64,000 nt of DNA, taken from the NCBI GenBank assembly GCA_963774795.1, contig CAVZGI010000009.1:674437-738436 (forward strand), read 5' to 3'. Below the pieces are notes generated by a model, which worked only from the letters and a program-made list of their open reading frames with translations, had not been told where the DNA came from and did no database searches. The position numbers and the translations under genes were made by a program. Origin of the DNA: an uncultured Methanobacteriaceae archaeon (GTDB taxonomy: Archaea > Methanobacteriota > Methanobacteria > Methanobacteriales > Methanobacteriaceae). Positions 10,360 through 21,505 of this stretch are shown in pieces; the stretch's first letter is position 1, and each line of letters starts with the position of its first letter.

Positions 10360-10806
10360 TTATTCTTTTAAACTTTCTGCAAACTTTTCTGCATTTTTAA
10401 TGTCTTCTTCACCAGGTTTTCCTTTATTTAAACCCTTGCGACTGATTATTCCTTTAATTGAGTAGGCATAATATCCTTTACAATGGAACTCTCCAATAAT
10501 TTCAAAACCTTTACTTGATAACTTTTTCTCCAACCAGTCGTAATATCTTCCATCGCCGCTTGTTGAAAAATGAAATGCTTTTTTGTTTTCTACATTATCA
10601 AGTTCTTCAATAAACTTTCTTAGCTTTTTATGAGGCCTATAATAATATATTCCAGAACCGAATCCAATTAAATCATAATTTTTAATAATAGCATGATTTA
10701 CATCGTTTAAATCAAATAAATCTGCTTCTAAAGTTTTTGCCAAAGCTTCAGCTATTTTTTTAGTGTTACCACGGTGTACGGACTTGTAAATTATCGCAGT
10801 TTTCAT
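10360..10806 (-). CDS. Flavodoxin-family protein
   Basis: MKTAIIYKSVHRGNTKKIAEALA flavodoxin-like N-terminus. Confidence 0.7.
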   Translation of the reverse strand: MKTAIIYKSVHRGNTKKIAEALAKTLEADLFDLNDVNHAIIKNYDLIGFGSGIYYYRPHKKLRKFIEELDNVENKKAFHFSTSGDGRYYDWLEKKLSSKGFEIIGEFHCKGYYAYSIKGIISRKGLNKGKPGEEDIKNAEKFAESLKE

Positions 10807-10875
10807 TTTACATCCTCTTTTTAATCATTTTATAATTTATTAGTTTGACAACTTTCGAATATATCTAAAAAATTA

Positions 10876-11178
10876 TTAAGATTCCTTTTGATGTAGTTTT
10901 AAAAGTTCATTAACTTCATTAACCATTTCTTCATTAACTTTGGCCACTAAATACTTGCCTTTTCGCTCAGTAAATATTAAATCAGCGTTGGCTAGTTCTT
11001 TAAGATGATGTGAAATAGTAGGGGCCCCAATATTCAATGATTTACTAATTTCACATATTAAACAATCGCTGCCGGTTTCATAACTGGTTTCTTGCTGTTT
11101 AACGATTTGCAGGTATAATTCTAAGCGATTGGGGTTGGAAAGGGCTTTAAAAACTTTGGCCATTTTTTGGGTATCCAT
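10876..11178 (-). CDS. ArsR/SmtB-family transcriptional regulator
   Basis: FKALSNPNRLELYLQI ... ISHHLKELANADLI HTH. Confidence 0.8.
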   Translation of the reverse strand: MDTQKMAKVFKALSNPNRLELYLQIVKQQETSYETGSDCLICEISKSLNIGAPTISHHLKELANADLIFTERKGKYLVAKVNEEMVNEVNELLKLHQKES

Positions 11179-11210
11179 TAATTCACCATCATATTTTTAC
11201 ATTTTGATAA

Positions 11211-11240
11211 GTATCGAAATGAAATTGTATGAAATTGTAT
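11211..11240. promoter_or_regulatory. Tandem 10-bp direct repeat (GAAATTGTAT x2, plus a partial third copy) in the divergent ArsR / ion-channel promoter region
   Basis: gtatcgaaatgaaattgtatgaaattgtat. Confidence 0.3.
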
Positions 11241-11349
11241 ATAAAGATTTGGCTAGTAAAATAGAATCAAATATTATTGAATTAAATATTAGAAAGGCTA
11301 ATTATTTCTTGATATATTTATCTCAAAAGGAAATCTCAATTATTATAAC

Positions 11350-12516
11350 ATGGGGGCAAAATTTTTGTCAAATAAATCTGATAAGTCTTCTGAATCTTCT
11401 GAAAATAATAAAAACAGTTCCAAGGTTGAAAAAATCACGCCTAAAGGCCGCAGATTCCTTATATTATGGGTATTGGGTGTTATTCTAATTTTTTCCATAG
11501 TGGGTAGCTATATGGTAGGGGTTGTTAATGAAGATAAACAATCTGACATTGCCAAACATATAGACAGGATGAGTCCCAACCTTACAGAACCCGGTCTCAC
11601 ACAGGCAGAACAGAATCTGTCCAGTAACAGTAGCACCACTAAAGTGCTTACTGGAATCTACGTGGATCAAATCAGAGACCTATCTTTGTCAGATAGTACC
11701 TGGACAGTTGATTTTTATATCTGGTTTAAATGGAATGGCAGTAATGTAAATCCCGGTGAGAACTTACAGATTATTGATGGAAATATTATAAATAAAGAAA
11801 TAAAGGATAATTATACCAATGGAACGCAACATTATGCGATTTACTATGTTACTGCCGAGATAACCAAATTTTTTGACGTTTTAAGATTTCCAGTGGATAA
11901 TCATGTGCTCACAATAGGGATCGAGGATGAACAAAGTGAGAGACCAGATTTAATATATGTGCCAGAAAATTATACGTCGGAAATTAGTTCCCGTGTGCAG
12001 ATTCCGGGTTATTCCATTAGTAATATAACGGCTATTGAAAAACCCCACACTTATAAGTCCAATTTTGGAGATCCTCGTCTGGATACTGAAAGAGTAACTT
12101 TTTCGCAATTCAGGGTGGGCATTGATATATCAAGACCTGATTTAGGATTTTATTTCAGAATATTCATTGGTTTGTTTGTGGCAGTTACCGCAGCTTTATT
12201 GGCTCTGTTACTCAAACCTACTGATGTTGATCCACGATTTGTGCTGGGATCTGGTGCTCTGTTTGTGGCTGTTGCCAATAACATCATTACCTCAGAATTA
12301 ATCCCCAAAACAGGTGTTATGACTCTGGCTGATATGGTGAATGATTTAGGCTTGATTTTGATTATCATGACGCTGGTGGAGTCTACCCTCTCGTTATATC
12401 TCTATGAAAAGAAGGGTAAGAAGAGGTTGTCCTGGCTAATGGACAGAATTTCAATAGTTCTGTTTTTAGTGATCTATGTTTTTATAAACATAGCCATTGT
12501 ACTCGCTGCATGGTGA
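11350..12516 (+). CDS. Putative pentameric ligand-gated ion channel (GLIC/ELIC-like pLGIC) homolog
   Basis: N-terminal membrane anchor, an extracellular domain of about 200 aa (VDQIRDLSLSDSTWTVDFYIWFKW), then four TM helices; the M2-M3 loop SELIPKTGVMT resembles GLIC RETLPKTPYMT, M3 ends LVESTLSLYLY, and a short M3-M4 loop follows. Confidence 0.5.
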   Translation: MGAKFLSNKSDKSSESSENNKNSSKVEKITPKGRRFLILWVLGVILIFSIVGSYMVGVVNEDKQSDIAKHIDRMSPNLTEPGLTQAEQNLSSNSSTTKVLTGIYVDQIRDLSLSDSTWTVDFYIWFKWNGSNVNPGENLQIIDGNIINKEIKDNYTNGTQHYAIYYVTAEITKFFDVLRFPVDNHVLTIGIEDEQSERPDLIYVPENYTSEISSRVQIPGYSISNITAIEKPHTYKSNFGDPRLDTERVTFSQFRVGIDISRPDLGFYFRIFIGLFVAVTAALLALLLKPTDVDPRFVLGSGALFVAVANNIITSELIPKTGVMTLADMVNDLGLILIIMTLVESTLSLYLYEKKGKKRLSWLMDRISIVLFLVIYVFINIAIVLAAW

Positions 12517-12614
12517 AAAAAGAGGGAAATATGGTAGATTTTCCCAAACAAGACTTGAATAAGTTATCCTCATTAGCAAGTAAAAAGAAATTATTGGGGA
12601 TAACGATTTTATTT

Positions 12615-13226
12615 TTATATCAAATATTTTAAACCTTGCATAATGAAATAAATGGCAAATATGACCAGAACTCCACCTAAAACCCGCATGATGTAGATAT
12701 ATAGTCGTCCCGTCAAGAAATCACGGGATTTACTGGTGCCATAGGATAAAACTATTTTTGAACCTACTAAAAGTGCGTAAAAACCAATCAGGAATAATAG
12801 AATGGAGAATGGATTTTCTTCATAGGCCGGAATGATTATGGGCCCACCAATAGTTATCCAAAATAGATAGGGTGCGGGATTTATGAGATTGAGCATTATT
12901 CCTTTTTGCAGTGATTTGGGATTTTCTAGTGAGGTATCCACACTTAAGCCCGGTTTTTTAAAACAATCGTAGGCCAGATATCCCAAATAAAACCCTCCCA
13001 TAATGGAAATAATCCCTAAAATCAGGTTGTATCCAGAGATAAGTGACAGGAACAGTAGACAAATGGCGACGACGGGGATGTCAGAGATGATGGGTGTAAA
13101 GGCCACCTTTACTCCTTCCTGGTAGCCGTGTTTTAATGTCTGGGTGATGACCAGGACCAGGAGCGGGCCTGGCGAGAAGCCAGCGTACAGGCCCAGGGTG
13201 ATTCCGGCTAATAGTAGTTCTATCAT
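12615..13226 (-). CDS. LysE/RhtB-family amino-acid exporter
   Basis: MIELLLAGITLGLYAGFSPGPLLVLVITQTL is the LysE N-terminal signature; six TM helices. Confidence 0.8.
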   Translation of the reverse strand: MIELLLAGITLGLYAGFSPGPLLVLVITQTLKHGYQEGVKVAFTPIISDIPVVAICLLFLSLISGYNLILGIISIMGGFYLGYLAYDCFKKPGLSVDTSLENPKSLQKGIMLNLINPAPYLFWITIGGPIIIPAYEENPFSILLFLIGFYALLVGSKIVLSYGTSKSRDFLTGRLYIYIMRVLGGVLVIFAIYFIMQGLKYLI

Positions 13227-13520
13227 CTTTCTGCTTCCATTAAATTCTAAATGATTTTATAATTAGAATTAGTAGATATGTAATTATATAAATACTATAT
13301 TTCAAAGTTTATTGATTGAAAAAGACATTGATCTGGAATAGGCCGAAGATAAGTACTACCTGGTGATAATTTAAAAAGTTTCACTATCTTTTAAATGGAG
13401 GATATTGACTATGGGGTCTTACCACTGATGAAGACTCCGCAGAAACTGAGGAACTACTATCACTATTTTTCAAATATTAATCACATTTTATTTTAATTAA
13501 AATAAACCATAATATAATTA

Positions 13521-13919
13521 ATGTGGATTATTATGGGAGATAAAGAGAATAAATCTGATATTGAGCAAAAAAATCAAAAAGACAGATCTAATATGGAAAA
13601 AATATTGTCTCCAGGACGATCTTTATTTAGAATTATAATGGCCATATTTGCTTTCATATGGTTTCTGGCCGGAGGATCAGCTCAAACCGTTTTATCTCTA
13701 TCAGGAGGGGCCATGGGTTTGTCAGGGGTAGTAACATTCCTTATTCGAAATCCCATCTCATTTTTAATAATAGGCCTTATTCAAGTAGTTTTAGGATTAA
13801 TTATTTACTTATTTTCCTTTTCATTTGTTTTAGTGTCTATTTTACATTTTTTATGGTCTATAAGGTGGTTTTATGGTTACAAGAAGTACCGCCATTTAAA
13901 AGATATTAGAATTGATTAA
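13521..13919 (+). CDS. Hypothetical small membrane protein
   Basis: Three or four predicted TM helices; no recognisable motif. Confidence 0.4.
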   Translation: MWIIMGDKENKSDIEQKNQKDRSNMEKILSPGRSLFRIIMAIFAFIWFLAGGSAQTVLSLSGGAMGLSGVVTFLIRNPISFLIIGLIQVVLGLIIYLFSFSFVLVSILHFLWSIRWFYGYKKYRHLKDIRID

Positions 13920-13991
13920 AATGCCATATTATTAAAATATTAAAATATAAATATTAAATTAAGAACTGAAATATTTTAGGGGTTTTTATTG

Positions 13992-14459
13992 ATGAAAATA
14001 GGAATTATTGTGTATTCTAAAACTGAAAATACATATTCTGTAGCTGAGAAACTTAAAGAAAAGTTTCAGGAAAAAGGTCATGAAGCAGAAATTGAAAGGG
14101 TGGTCCCAGTAGGTGAAGTACCACCCCGGGCAAAAAATGTGGAGTTTCAAAGCAAACCAGAGCTGGAATCATATGATGCATTGGTTTTTGGTGCCCCAGT
14201 ACATGCATTTTCCCTGGCACCTCCAATGAAGGTATATTTGGAGCAAATTGATTCACTGCAAGATAAGAAAATCGCTTGTTTCGTTACTAAGGGCCTGAAA
14301 TTTAACTGGACTGGTGGTAATCAGGCCATTGGCAAGATGAAAAAAATAAGTGAGTCTAAGGGTGGAAAAGTAGTTGGAACAGATATTGTGGTCTGGAACA
14401 AAAAAAAGGATGAAAAAATTGCGGAATTAATTCGAAAATTCATTATTTTGTTCTATTAA
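13992..14459 (+). CDS. Flavodoxin-like fold protein
   Basis: MKIGIIVYSKTENTYSVAEKLKEKFQEKGHEAEI. Confidence 0.65.
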   Translation: MKIGIIVYSKTENTYSVAEKLKEKFQEKGHEAEIERVVPVGEVPPRAKNVEFQSKPELESYDALVFGAPVHAFSLAPPMKVYLEQIDSLQDKKIACFVTKGLKFNWTGGNQAIGKMKKISESKGGKVVGTDIVVWNKKKDEKIAELIRKFIILFY

Positions 14460-14625
14460 TTTTTCATAAGATTCATAAGGATAAAATTTATCCTCATTAT
14501 ACTCTTTTTTAGTAATAAAGTATTCCTTACCACTACCTTTTTATATTTTACTCAACATCTAATGCATATTGTACTTGTTTTATACTTAGCAATTTTTACA
14601 ATTTTTATAATATTTGGTGATTTTT

Positions 14626-15993
14626 ATGGACAATGATAATTATGATGTGGTGGTAATTGGCGCTGGGATAAGTGGCCTATTAACTGCCTTAGCCCTTTCT
14701 AAAGAAGGGAAATCTGTATTAATCTTGGAAAAAGAGGAGTGCATCGGGGGAGTGTGCCGTTCTTACGAAGTTGACGGTTATCGTATTGATACCGGGCCTC
14801 ATGCCATCACTCGGTTGGAGTCCGGCCCTTTTAAAGAGTTAATGGACAGATACTTCGATGTTATTCCTCAATTTGTACCTTTTGGAAAATACCAGGTTAG
14901 AATAGGAAATGAAGTAAAGCCATTTCCATGGAATATCAATTCCTGGTTAAAATTCGGTTTAATTCCTAAAACTGATCGTTTGTTAATAATGAAAGCGCTG
15001 TTTAATACGCTTTATCTCTTAAACGCGGGTAAAAATCTTTCTGATATTTCTCTTCAGGAACTGGTTCCAGATAATGTTTCTTCTACCACCAGAAGATTTT
15101 TAGATTGGCTCTGTTATTTTTTAGTAGGGACCTCTATAGAAAACACGGCAGTTTCTAGATTTATTGATAATAAAACTCATAAAACCAGTGCAGTTAAATA
15201 TATAGGGAATATATATGACTTTTTTGTTACAGAAGGGGCCAAAGATCAGGGATATCCTAAAGGTGGCCTTCAGTCTATTATCAATTCCATTTTAGTATCT
15301 TTTCCAAAAAACGTGGAAATCAAAACCAGTGAAGAAGTGGTAAAGATCCAGTGCAGTGGGAAAGTGGAAAAGGTCATTACTAATCAGAACTCTTATAACT
15401 GTAATACCGTTGTTTATTCTGGATTTGCCTCGGATTTACCCCATTTAATTGATAATTTACCTTATGATTATTCCCAGAATTTAAATAAAATTAAAAAAGT
15501 TAATTCATTGACCATTTGGCTGGGTTTAAATAAGAAAATATTCAAAAATTATGGCTCTGAAATGTGGATTGATTCAGATCCTTATGCCTGGATGGTACCC
15601 GTATCAAATTATGATTCAACCATGGCTCCTAATGGAAATCAGCTTGTTGGATTCGCTTTTACTCTTCCAGATGAATATGATACCATGGAAATGCGGAAAA
15701 AAGCACTGAATTCTATAATTAGAATCCAACCAGATATTGAAACACATATTGAAATGATTCACTATCAGGATTTAATCCCAGAAAAGGCTGCTTGGGATAT
15801 TAATTCTGGATTTGGGGATGTGGAAACTCCTATTAATAATCTGTACTGTGTAGGCACCGATACAGAAAAAAGAAGTGCGGGAGTCAGCAGGGCAGCCTAT
15901 TCTGTCTTGAGATGTCTTGAAATCATGGAATCTGAGGGAAATATCCATGAATTCCAGATATTCAATGAAAAATTGGAATTAGCAGCTAAATGA
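14626..15993 (+). CDS. FAD-dependent oxidoreductase (phytoene-desaturase / amine-oxidase-like)
   Basis: DVVVIGAGISGLLTALALSKEGKSVLILEKEECIGG dinucleotide-binding motif; ATG at 14626 with a GGTGA RBS. Confidence 0.75.
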   Translation: MDNDNYDVVVIGAGISGLLTALALSKEGKSVLILEKEECIGGVCRSYEVDGYRIDTGPHAITRLESGPFKELMDRYFDVIPQFVPFGKYQVRIGNEVKPFPWNINSWLKFGLIPKTDRLLIMKALFNTLYLLNAGKNLSDISLQELVPDNVSSTTRRFLDWLCYFLVGTSIENTAVSRFIDNKTHKTSAVKYIGNIYDFFVTEGAKDQGYPKGGLQSIINSILVSFPKNVEIKTSEEVVKIQCSGKVEKVITNQNSYNCNTVVYSGFASDLPHLIDNLPYDYSQNLNKIKKVNSLTIWLGLNKKIFKNYGSEMWIDSDPYAWMVPVSNYDSTMAPNGNQLVGFAFTLPDEYDTMEMRKKALNSIIRIQPDIETHIEMIHYQDLIPEKAAWDINSGFGDVETPINNLYCVGTDTEKRSAGVSRAAYSVLRCLEIMESEGNIHEFQIFNEKLELAAK

Positions 15994-16090
15994 TTAATCC
16001 CAATTACTCGGGAGACTAGGAAATGCTGGCCATGCTGAATTTAAGAATTATTCAAACACTTATTAATAAAAATCTTTAAATGGTGATTAA

Positions 16091-16678
16091 ATGAATTTAA
16101 TTCCACTAAAAGAGAATATTGATGATTATCTTTGCCCCTCAGAGATAATTGATTTTGATAATCCAGTTGTGATTAAAAAAGCAAGGGAATTGTCTAAAGG
16201 AATGAAAACAGACATTCAAAAAGCAAAATCAATCTACGAATTTGTAAGGGATGAAATTAATCATTCGTCAGATATTAACAGCAATGAAATTACTTACAGA
16301 GCTTCCGATGTTTTAAATAAGGGCCATGGATTATGTTTTGCCAAATCTCATTTAATGGCGGCCTTTTTAAGAGCTGTGGGTATTCCAGCCGGATTTTGCT
16401 ACCAAAAATTATCATTGGATGAAGGAATGATATGCCATGGGTTAAATGGAGTATTTATTGATGAAAAATGGATCAGGTTGGATGCAAGGGGAAATACTGG
16501 CGAAATTAATGCTCAATTTTCATTAAATGAAGAAAAACTGGCTTACCCTATAACCAATAGTCATGGGAATGTAGATTACCCATATATTCATTCTAAACCA
16601 CGTCTGGAAATAATAAAAATATTACAAAGCCATAAAAGACTGGATGAAGCTATTAAAGAGATATTAGAGCCATTATGA
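16091..16678 (+). CDS. Transglutaminase-like cysteine-protease-domain protein
   Basis: GHGLCFAKSHLMAAFLRAVGIPAGF active-site Cys region. Confidence 0.7.
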   Translation: MNLIPLKENIDDYLCPSEIIDFDNPVVIKKARELSKGMKTDIQKAKSIYEFVRDEINHSSDINSNEITYRASDVLNKGHGLCFAKSHLMAAFLRAVGIPAGFCYQKLSLDEGMICHGLNGVFIDEKWIRLDARGNTGEINAQFSLNEEKLAYPITNSHGNVDYPYIHSKPRLEIIKILQSHKRLDEAIKEILEPL

Positions 16679-16807
16679 TCAATATGGGATTATTAACTTT
16701 TTTTGGTTCTTTTTCGTTTTTATTCTTTCTAAATTTATGATCTAAAATTTATATTACATTTAATAACCAGGAAATAAAAATTATTTTGAACTTTAAGGTG
16801 ATTTTAA

Positions 16808-17608
16808 ATGAACAATTATGTCCATGGATATTCTAAACGTGAATCAGAGCGTCTTGAGGATCAAGCGGATACATTATCTGAAATACTCCATTATGATACT
16901 AAATTTCCTCCAGGTAGCAAAGTACTGGAGGCAGGATGTGGTGTGGGGGCTCAAACAATTATACTGGCTAAAAATAGTCCAGAGGCCCATATAACATCAG
17001 TTGATATTTCTCCAGAATCATTAAGTTCTGCCAAAAGCTTAATTGAAAAGGAAAAAATTGACAACGTCACTTTCAAACAAGCAGATATAATGAATCTTCC
17101 CTTTGAAAAAGAAAGTTTTGACCATATTTTTGTCTGCTTTGTACTTGAACATCTTTTAGACCCGGTAGTGGCCCTTAAAGAACTGAAAAAATATCTTAAA
17201 AAGGGAGGTTCTATTACGGTCATTGAAGGAGATCATGGGTCCTGTTATTTCCATCCTGAGAGTGAAGAGTCAATCAATGCCTGGAACTGTTTAATTAAGG
17301 CTCAGCAGGACTTAGGAGGAGATCCCATGATTGGCCGCCGTATTTATCCCCTCCTGGCAGAATCCGGATTTAAAAATGTACAGGTCACCCCCCGGGTAGT
17401 TTATGTGGACAAAAGTAAGCCCGCACTGGTGGATGGGTTCATAAAGAAAACTATTATCGCCATGGTGGAGGGTGTAAAGGATCATGCTATTAATTCTGGC
17501 CTTATTAATCATGGACAGTGGGAAAAAGGAATAGATGATCTTTATAAATCTGCCCAGGATGATGGAACATTTTTTTACAACTTTTTTAAAGGTACTGGAG
17601 TAAAATAA
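16808..17608 (+). CDS. Class I SAM-dependent methyltransferase
   Basis: VLEAGCGVGAQTIILA motif I. Confidence 0.8.
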   Translation: MNNYVHGYSKRESERLEDQADTLSEILHYDTKFPPGSKVLEAGCGVGAQTIILAKNSPEAHITSVDISPESLSSAKSLIEKEKIDNVTFKQADIMNLPFEKESFDHIFVCFVLEHLLDPVVALKELKKYLKKGGSITVIEGDHGSCYFHPESEESINAWNCLIKAQQDLGGDPMIGRRIYPLLAESGFKNVQVTPRVVYVDKSKPALVDGFIKKTIIAMVEGVKDHAINSGLINHGQWEKGIDDLYKSAQDDGTFFYNFFKGTGVK

Positions 17609-17736
17609 TTTTAAAAAAGCTATTAAAAATTTTCTCAAGAGCTAGAGACATCTTTAATTTCTATTTATTTTTTATTTTATAGCAAGACATAATATCTAGT
17701 GTTAGAACATGTCTAAATAAGGAAATATGTGATAAT

Positions 17737-18343
17737 ATGAAAATATCTGTTATTTTGGCCCATCCACATAAGAAAAGTTTCAACTATGCCATTTATGAAA
17801 CTGTTTTAAAAACTCTTAAAATGAATGGACATGAAGCAATGGCTCATGATTTATGTTCTGAAAAATTCAATCCATTACTGGAAGGATTGGAACTGGCTAC
17901 CGGTGAAACATCGGATTGGCGAATACTTCATCATAGAAAAGAGATAAAAGAGGCTAATGGGATAATAATTATTCATCCTAACTGGTGGGGTCAGCCACCG
18001 GCCATTTTAAAGGGATGGTGCGATCGTGTACTTCGTTCTGGGGTGGCTTATGAATTTGATGTGGATGATGATGGTTCTGGTATTCCCAGAAGGACTCTTA
18101 AATGCAGAGGCAGCACTGGTTTTCAACACTTCCAATACTCCTGAAGAACGCGAGATGAATGTGTTTGGGGATCCCTTAGAAAGAATCTGGAAGGATTGTA
18201 TTTTTGATTTCTGTGGCATTAAGAACTTTAATCGAAAGATGTTTCAAGTTTTAGCCAGTAGCAGTCTCAAAGAACGAGAAAAATGGTTAAATGAAGTAAA
18301 AATTCTGGTTAATGCTCATTTTCCTGAAGAAAAGGAAATGTGA
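17737..18343 (+). pseudogene. NAD(P)H:quinone-oxidoreductase-like flavoprotein (flavodoxin_2 fold) with a frameshift near 18090
   Basis: MKISVILAHPHKKSFNYA ... IIIHPNWWGQPPAILKGW continues in another frame as PEGLLNAEAALVFNTSNTPEERE. Confidence 0.6.
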
Positions 18344-18476
18344 AAAGATTTTTCAAGAAATTTTATTTCAGGAATGATTTAGGATAATTTAAAAATGAAA
18401 ATGAAAATTATATTGAATTATCTGTAAGAATTATATTTTAAATACTAATCAAAAAAAATCAAACAGATAAATTTGA

Positions 18477-18767
18477 TTACTTTCTTCGATTTTTAAATTC
18501 ACTTAATAGTTCATCTAAGGGGATTCCTTTATAAACTAATAGTAATAATGTGTGAAAAATCAAATCGGCAGACTCATAAACCAGATTATCATTATTTTTT
18601 GACGCTATAATAACTTCTGCTGATTCTTCACCTATTTTTTCCAGTATTTTGTCTTCAGCAGCTTTTTTATCATCTTGCATTAATTTTGAAGTGTAAGAAT
18701 CAATGGGATTATCCCGACGGTCTTCTAAAACCCGATAAATTTCCTGGATTATGTCATCACTGGACAT
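18477..18767 (-). CDS. hisE: Phosphoribosyl-ATP pyrophosphohydrolase
   Basis: 96 aa; [12 protein letters not shown]...[27 protein letters not shown] typical of HisE. Confidence 0.8.
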   Translation of the reverse strand: MSSDDIIQEIYRVLEDRRDNPIDSYTSKLMQDDKKAAEDKILEKIGEESAEVIIASKNNDNLVYESADLIFHTLLLLVYKGIPLDELLSEFKNRRK

Positions 18768-19563
18768 TTTTCTTCCTCTTTTTGTCTCTCATGCTTCTGG
18801 TAATAGCAATAAGGGGATGCTGAGCATCATCTATGATTTCTATATCGTCAAAAGAGAATATTCCGTTTAAATCAGCAGTTTTTTCCATTCCAAGCTTTAA
18901 ATCCTGATTTAAATCAATAACATAGGAATCTATTTCTTGACAACCTAATTTACGTGCTGCCACTGTTCGGTGGTGACCGTCAACCAGTACAAACCTTTCT
19001 CCAGTCTTTACCACAATGGTAGGTTCCGCCAATCCTCTTTTCAACTCGTAACTTCGGCCCTGGAGTTCGTCGGCATACACTTTGTCCTGAGTTGGCCTTA
19101 AACGTTGGGTGGGAACTTTCATTCTCTTTACTTCCGTATCTATACCATAGAGCTGTTCCAGGGTCTTTTTAAAGTAATTAACTTTCATAGGGGTGGATCT
19201 TTCAATATGGGATCTTACAATATCGGTATTGGTAATTATTCCCACTAAATCTCCGTTTTTATCAATAACAGGTAAACGTGATATGCCCATTCTAAACATG
19301 ACCCGGGCGGCGTCATTAATGGACATGTCCTGATCAGCAACTACTACATTGGTAGACATTATTTCATTAACTGAATTATCACTATTTTTAAGTAAAAGGT
19401 CAAAGGCAGTGACCATACCAATTACGGCTCCATTTTCTTTAACTGGAAACCCATCGTGTCCACTATCTTTCATAAGTTGAATTATATGTTCGTTTGGAGT
19501 TTCTGGAGGAACTGTTATAACCTCTTTTGTCATGTAATCTTTAACCAGGGGTTTGTTACTCAT
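18757..19563 (-). CDS. CBS-domain pair protein with a C-terminal ParB/sulfiredoxin-like domain
   Basis: Two CBS domains, then [17 protein letters not shown] (GHHR motif). Confidence 0.7.
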   Translation of the reverse strand: MSNKPLVKDYMTKEVITVPPETPNEHIIQLMKDSGHDGFPVKENGAVIGMVTAFDLLLKNSDNSVNEIMSTNVVVADQDMSINDAARVMFRMGISRLPVIDKNGDLVGIITNTDIVRSHIERSTPMKVNYFKKTLEQLYGIDTEVKRMKVPTQRLRPTQDKVYADELQGRSYELKRGLAEPTIVVKTGERFVLVDGHHRTVAARKLGCQEIDSYVIDLNQDLKLGMEKTADLNGIFSFDDIEIIDDAQHPLIAITRSMRDKKRKKNVQ

Positions 19564-19584
19564 ATTATGCCTCCTTTATGAAAC

Positions 19585-19830
19585 TTATTTTTGACTTTTC
19601 CCACATTTTTTCCATATCAAATTATTCGCACAATCAATCTTTACAATACGATGATATGGAATATGAACATCTTCTTCCAGGATTAAAAATCCCTGATTCA
19701 ATTTTTTAATATCAGAGCCATCAATTGTTTTTAAATTTCCTTTGGCTCCCCTATGGAGATAAGTTATTTTACAATTTGAAATATCTCTTTTAGGATGCCA
19801 TAACATTAAATCTAGGATTCTTTTGGCCAT
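19585..19830 (-). CDS. Small conserved archaeal protein (DUF504/UPF0248-like)
   Basis: 81 aa; [13 protein letters not shown] ... IPYHRIVKI. Confidence 0.4.
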   Translation of the reverse strand: MAKRILDLMLWHPKRDISNCKITYLHRGAKGNLKTIDGSDIKKLNQGFLILEEDVHIPYHRIVKIDCANNLIWKKCGKSQK

Positions 19831-19954
19831 TTACTGCCTCAAAACAATTTTCAAAGTAATATCTCAAACATTCCCAACATTAATAAATTATAATCATATT
19901 ATTGTTTATTTAATTATCATTAAATATTTTTAGAAAATCAATTAAATATTGAAA

Positions 19955-21304
19955 TTATAAAATTTCTTTTAAAATTTCAACAGTACGGGCAGGTTCTGCT
20001 TTTCCTCTAGTAAGGCGCATTACTTGCCCTACCAGGAAGTTCAAAGCAGCAGATTTTCCTTCATGATAATCAGAAACAGCATCCGGATTTTCATCAATGG
20101 CTTGCTGGGCTGCTTTAAGCACATCATCCTCATTAACAATTCCAATCAAACCCATTTCTTCTGCAATCTCTTTTGGAGACTTGGAATTGTGGGGCATATT
20201 TTCTATAACTCTTTGTCCGGCTTTGGTGGTCAATTCTTTCTTTTGAACCATTTGCAGCAATTCTACAATTTGAGATGAAGTTATTTGACTCTCAGCAAAG
20301 CTTAATTTGTTATAATAGAGAACTCTCTTTAACTCGTCCCGCATCCACAATGCAGCAAACTGGGCATCAATATCTTTAACTACTTTTTCAAAGGCATCAG
20401 CAAGTTCAAGTTCTGAGGTAAGAACTTTAGCAGGTTCTTCAGCCAGGCCATACTGTTCCATAAAACGTTTGACTTTTATATGTGGTGGTTCAGGCATATT
20501 TTCTCTAATACCTTCTACCTGTTCCTCTTCAGCCATCATAGGTGGTAAATCAGGATCTGGAATATATCTATAATCTTCTGCACCTTCTTTTAGCCGCATA
20601 GAAACAGTTATCATCTGTGCTTCCAGGAAAGCTCTGGTTTCCTGGGTAATTTCCACACCTCTCTTGAGCAGATTTTTTTGACGAACCATTTCAAATTTAA
20701 GGGCCTTGTAAGCACCTTTAATAGAGTTAATATTTTTTATTTCTACTCTTTTACCGCCTTCCAAAGATATATTAACATCTGCCCGCATGGTACCTTCACC
20801 CCGAGCGTTTCCACTGTATTCAAGAACTCTAATTAGTTCTCTTAAGAATGCACGCGCTTCTTCAGGGGTTTTCATATCTGGTTCGGTCACGATTTCAATT
20901 AATGGTATCCCAGAACGATTAAAATCAACAATACCCATATCTGGCTTGTACTGGCCAGGATCTTCTTCCATGTGCACTTCTCTTATACGCACGCCATTTA
21001 GATCTCCTTCATAGCCAATAGGTACTGAAGTACGTTGGTATCCTGATGAAAGGTCCGGGTAATTATAGTGCTTTCTCATGAAGTAGGTAACATCATCTGC
21101 AATTTTGCAGTCCAGCATCAGGGCTATTTTTAGAGCGCCTTCCAGGGCCTTTTCATTGGTTGGGAAAGGTTTAGCGCCTGGTTGGTTTAAGCAAACATGA
21201 CAAATATTAGTGTTGGCTGGTGCGTCCTGGTAGTTGGTGCGACAGTCACAGAAGAGTTTAGAGTCAGTTTCAAGTTGAACGTGAATTTCAAGTCCGCATT
21301 TCAT
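19955..21304 (-). CDS. gatB: Asp-tRNA(Asn)/Glu-tRNA(Gln) amidotransferase subunit B
   Basis: MKCGLEIHVQLETDSKLFCDC ... full-length 449-aa GatB signature. Confidence 0.95.
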   Translation of the reverse strand: MKCGLEIHVQLETDSKLFCDCRTNYQDAPANTNICHVCLNQPGAKPFPTNEKALEGALKIALMLDCKIADDVTYFMRKHYNYPDLSSGYQRTSVPIGYEGDLNGVRIREVHMEEDPGQYKPDMGIVDFNRSGIPLIEIVTEPDMKTPEEARAFLRELIRVLEYSGNARGEGTMRADVNISLEGGKRVEIKNINSIKGAYKALKFEMVRQKNLLKRGVEITQETRAFLEAQMITVSMRLKEGAEDYRYIPDPDLPPMMAEEEQVEGIRENMPEPPHIKVKRFMEQYGLAEEPAKVLTSELELADAFEKVVKDIDAQFAALWMRDELKRVLYYNKLSFAESQITSSQIVELLQMVQKKELTTKAGQRVIENMPHNSKSPKEIAEEMGLIGIVNEDDVLKAAQQAIDENPDAVSDYHEGKSAALNFLVGQVMRLTRGKAEPARTVEILKEIL

Positions 21305-21505
21305 TTTAATGGTTATTCCTCCTCTAAATCCGCTCTATTAGCAGTTTATAACGTTGAAACAAACGTTGAGAGATTATTTGAATATTAATTTAATTAAATA
21401 ATTGAATTTAATAAAGATGATGATTTTATTTTATAATTTGGGTAAATTATTTTTTATATTTTTCATTACTTTATCAATATAATTTTCTTATATATTATTC
21501 TATAT

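Noticed and set aside
12150-12368. 72-aa minus-strand ORF inside the pLGIC-like gene
   Set aside because: Antisense to the TM region of a longer, motif-supported ORF
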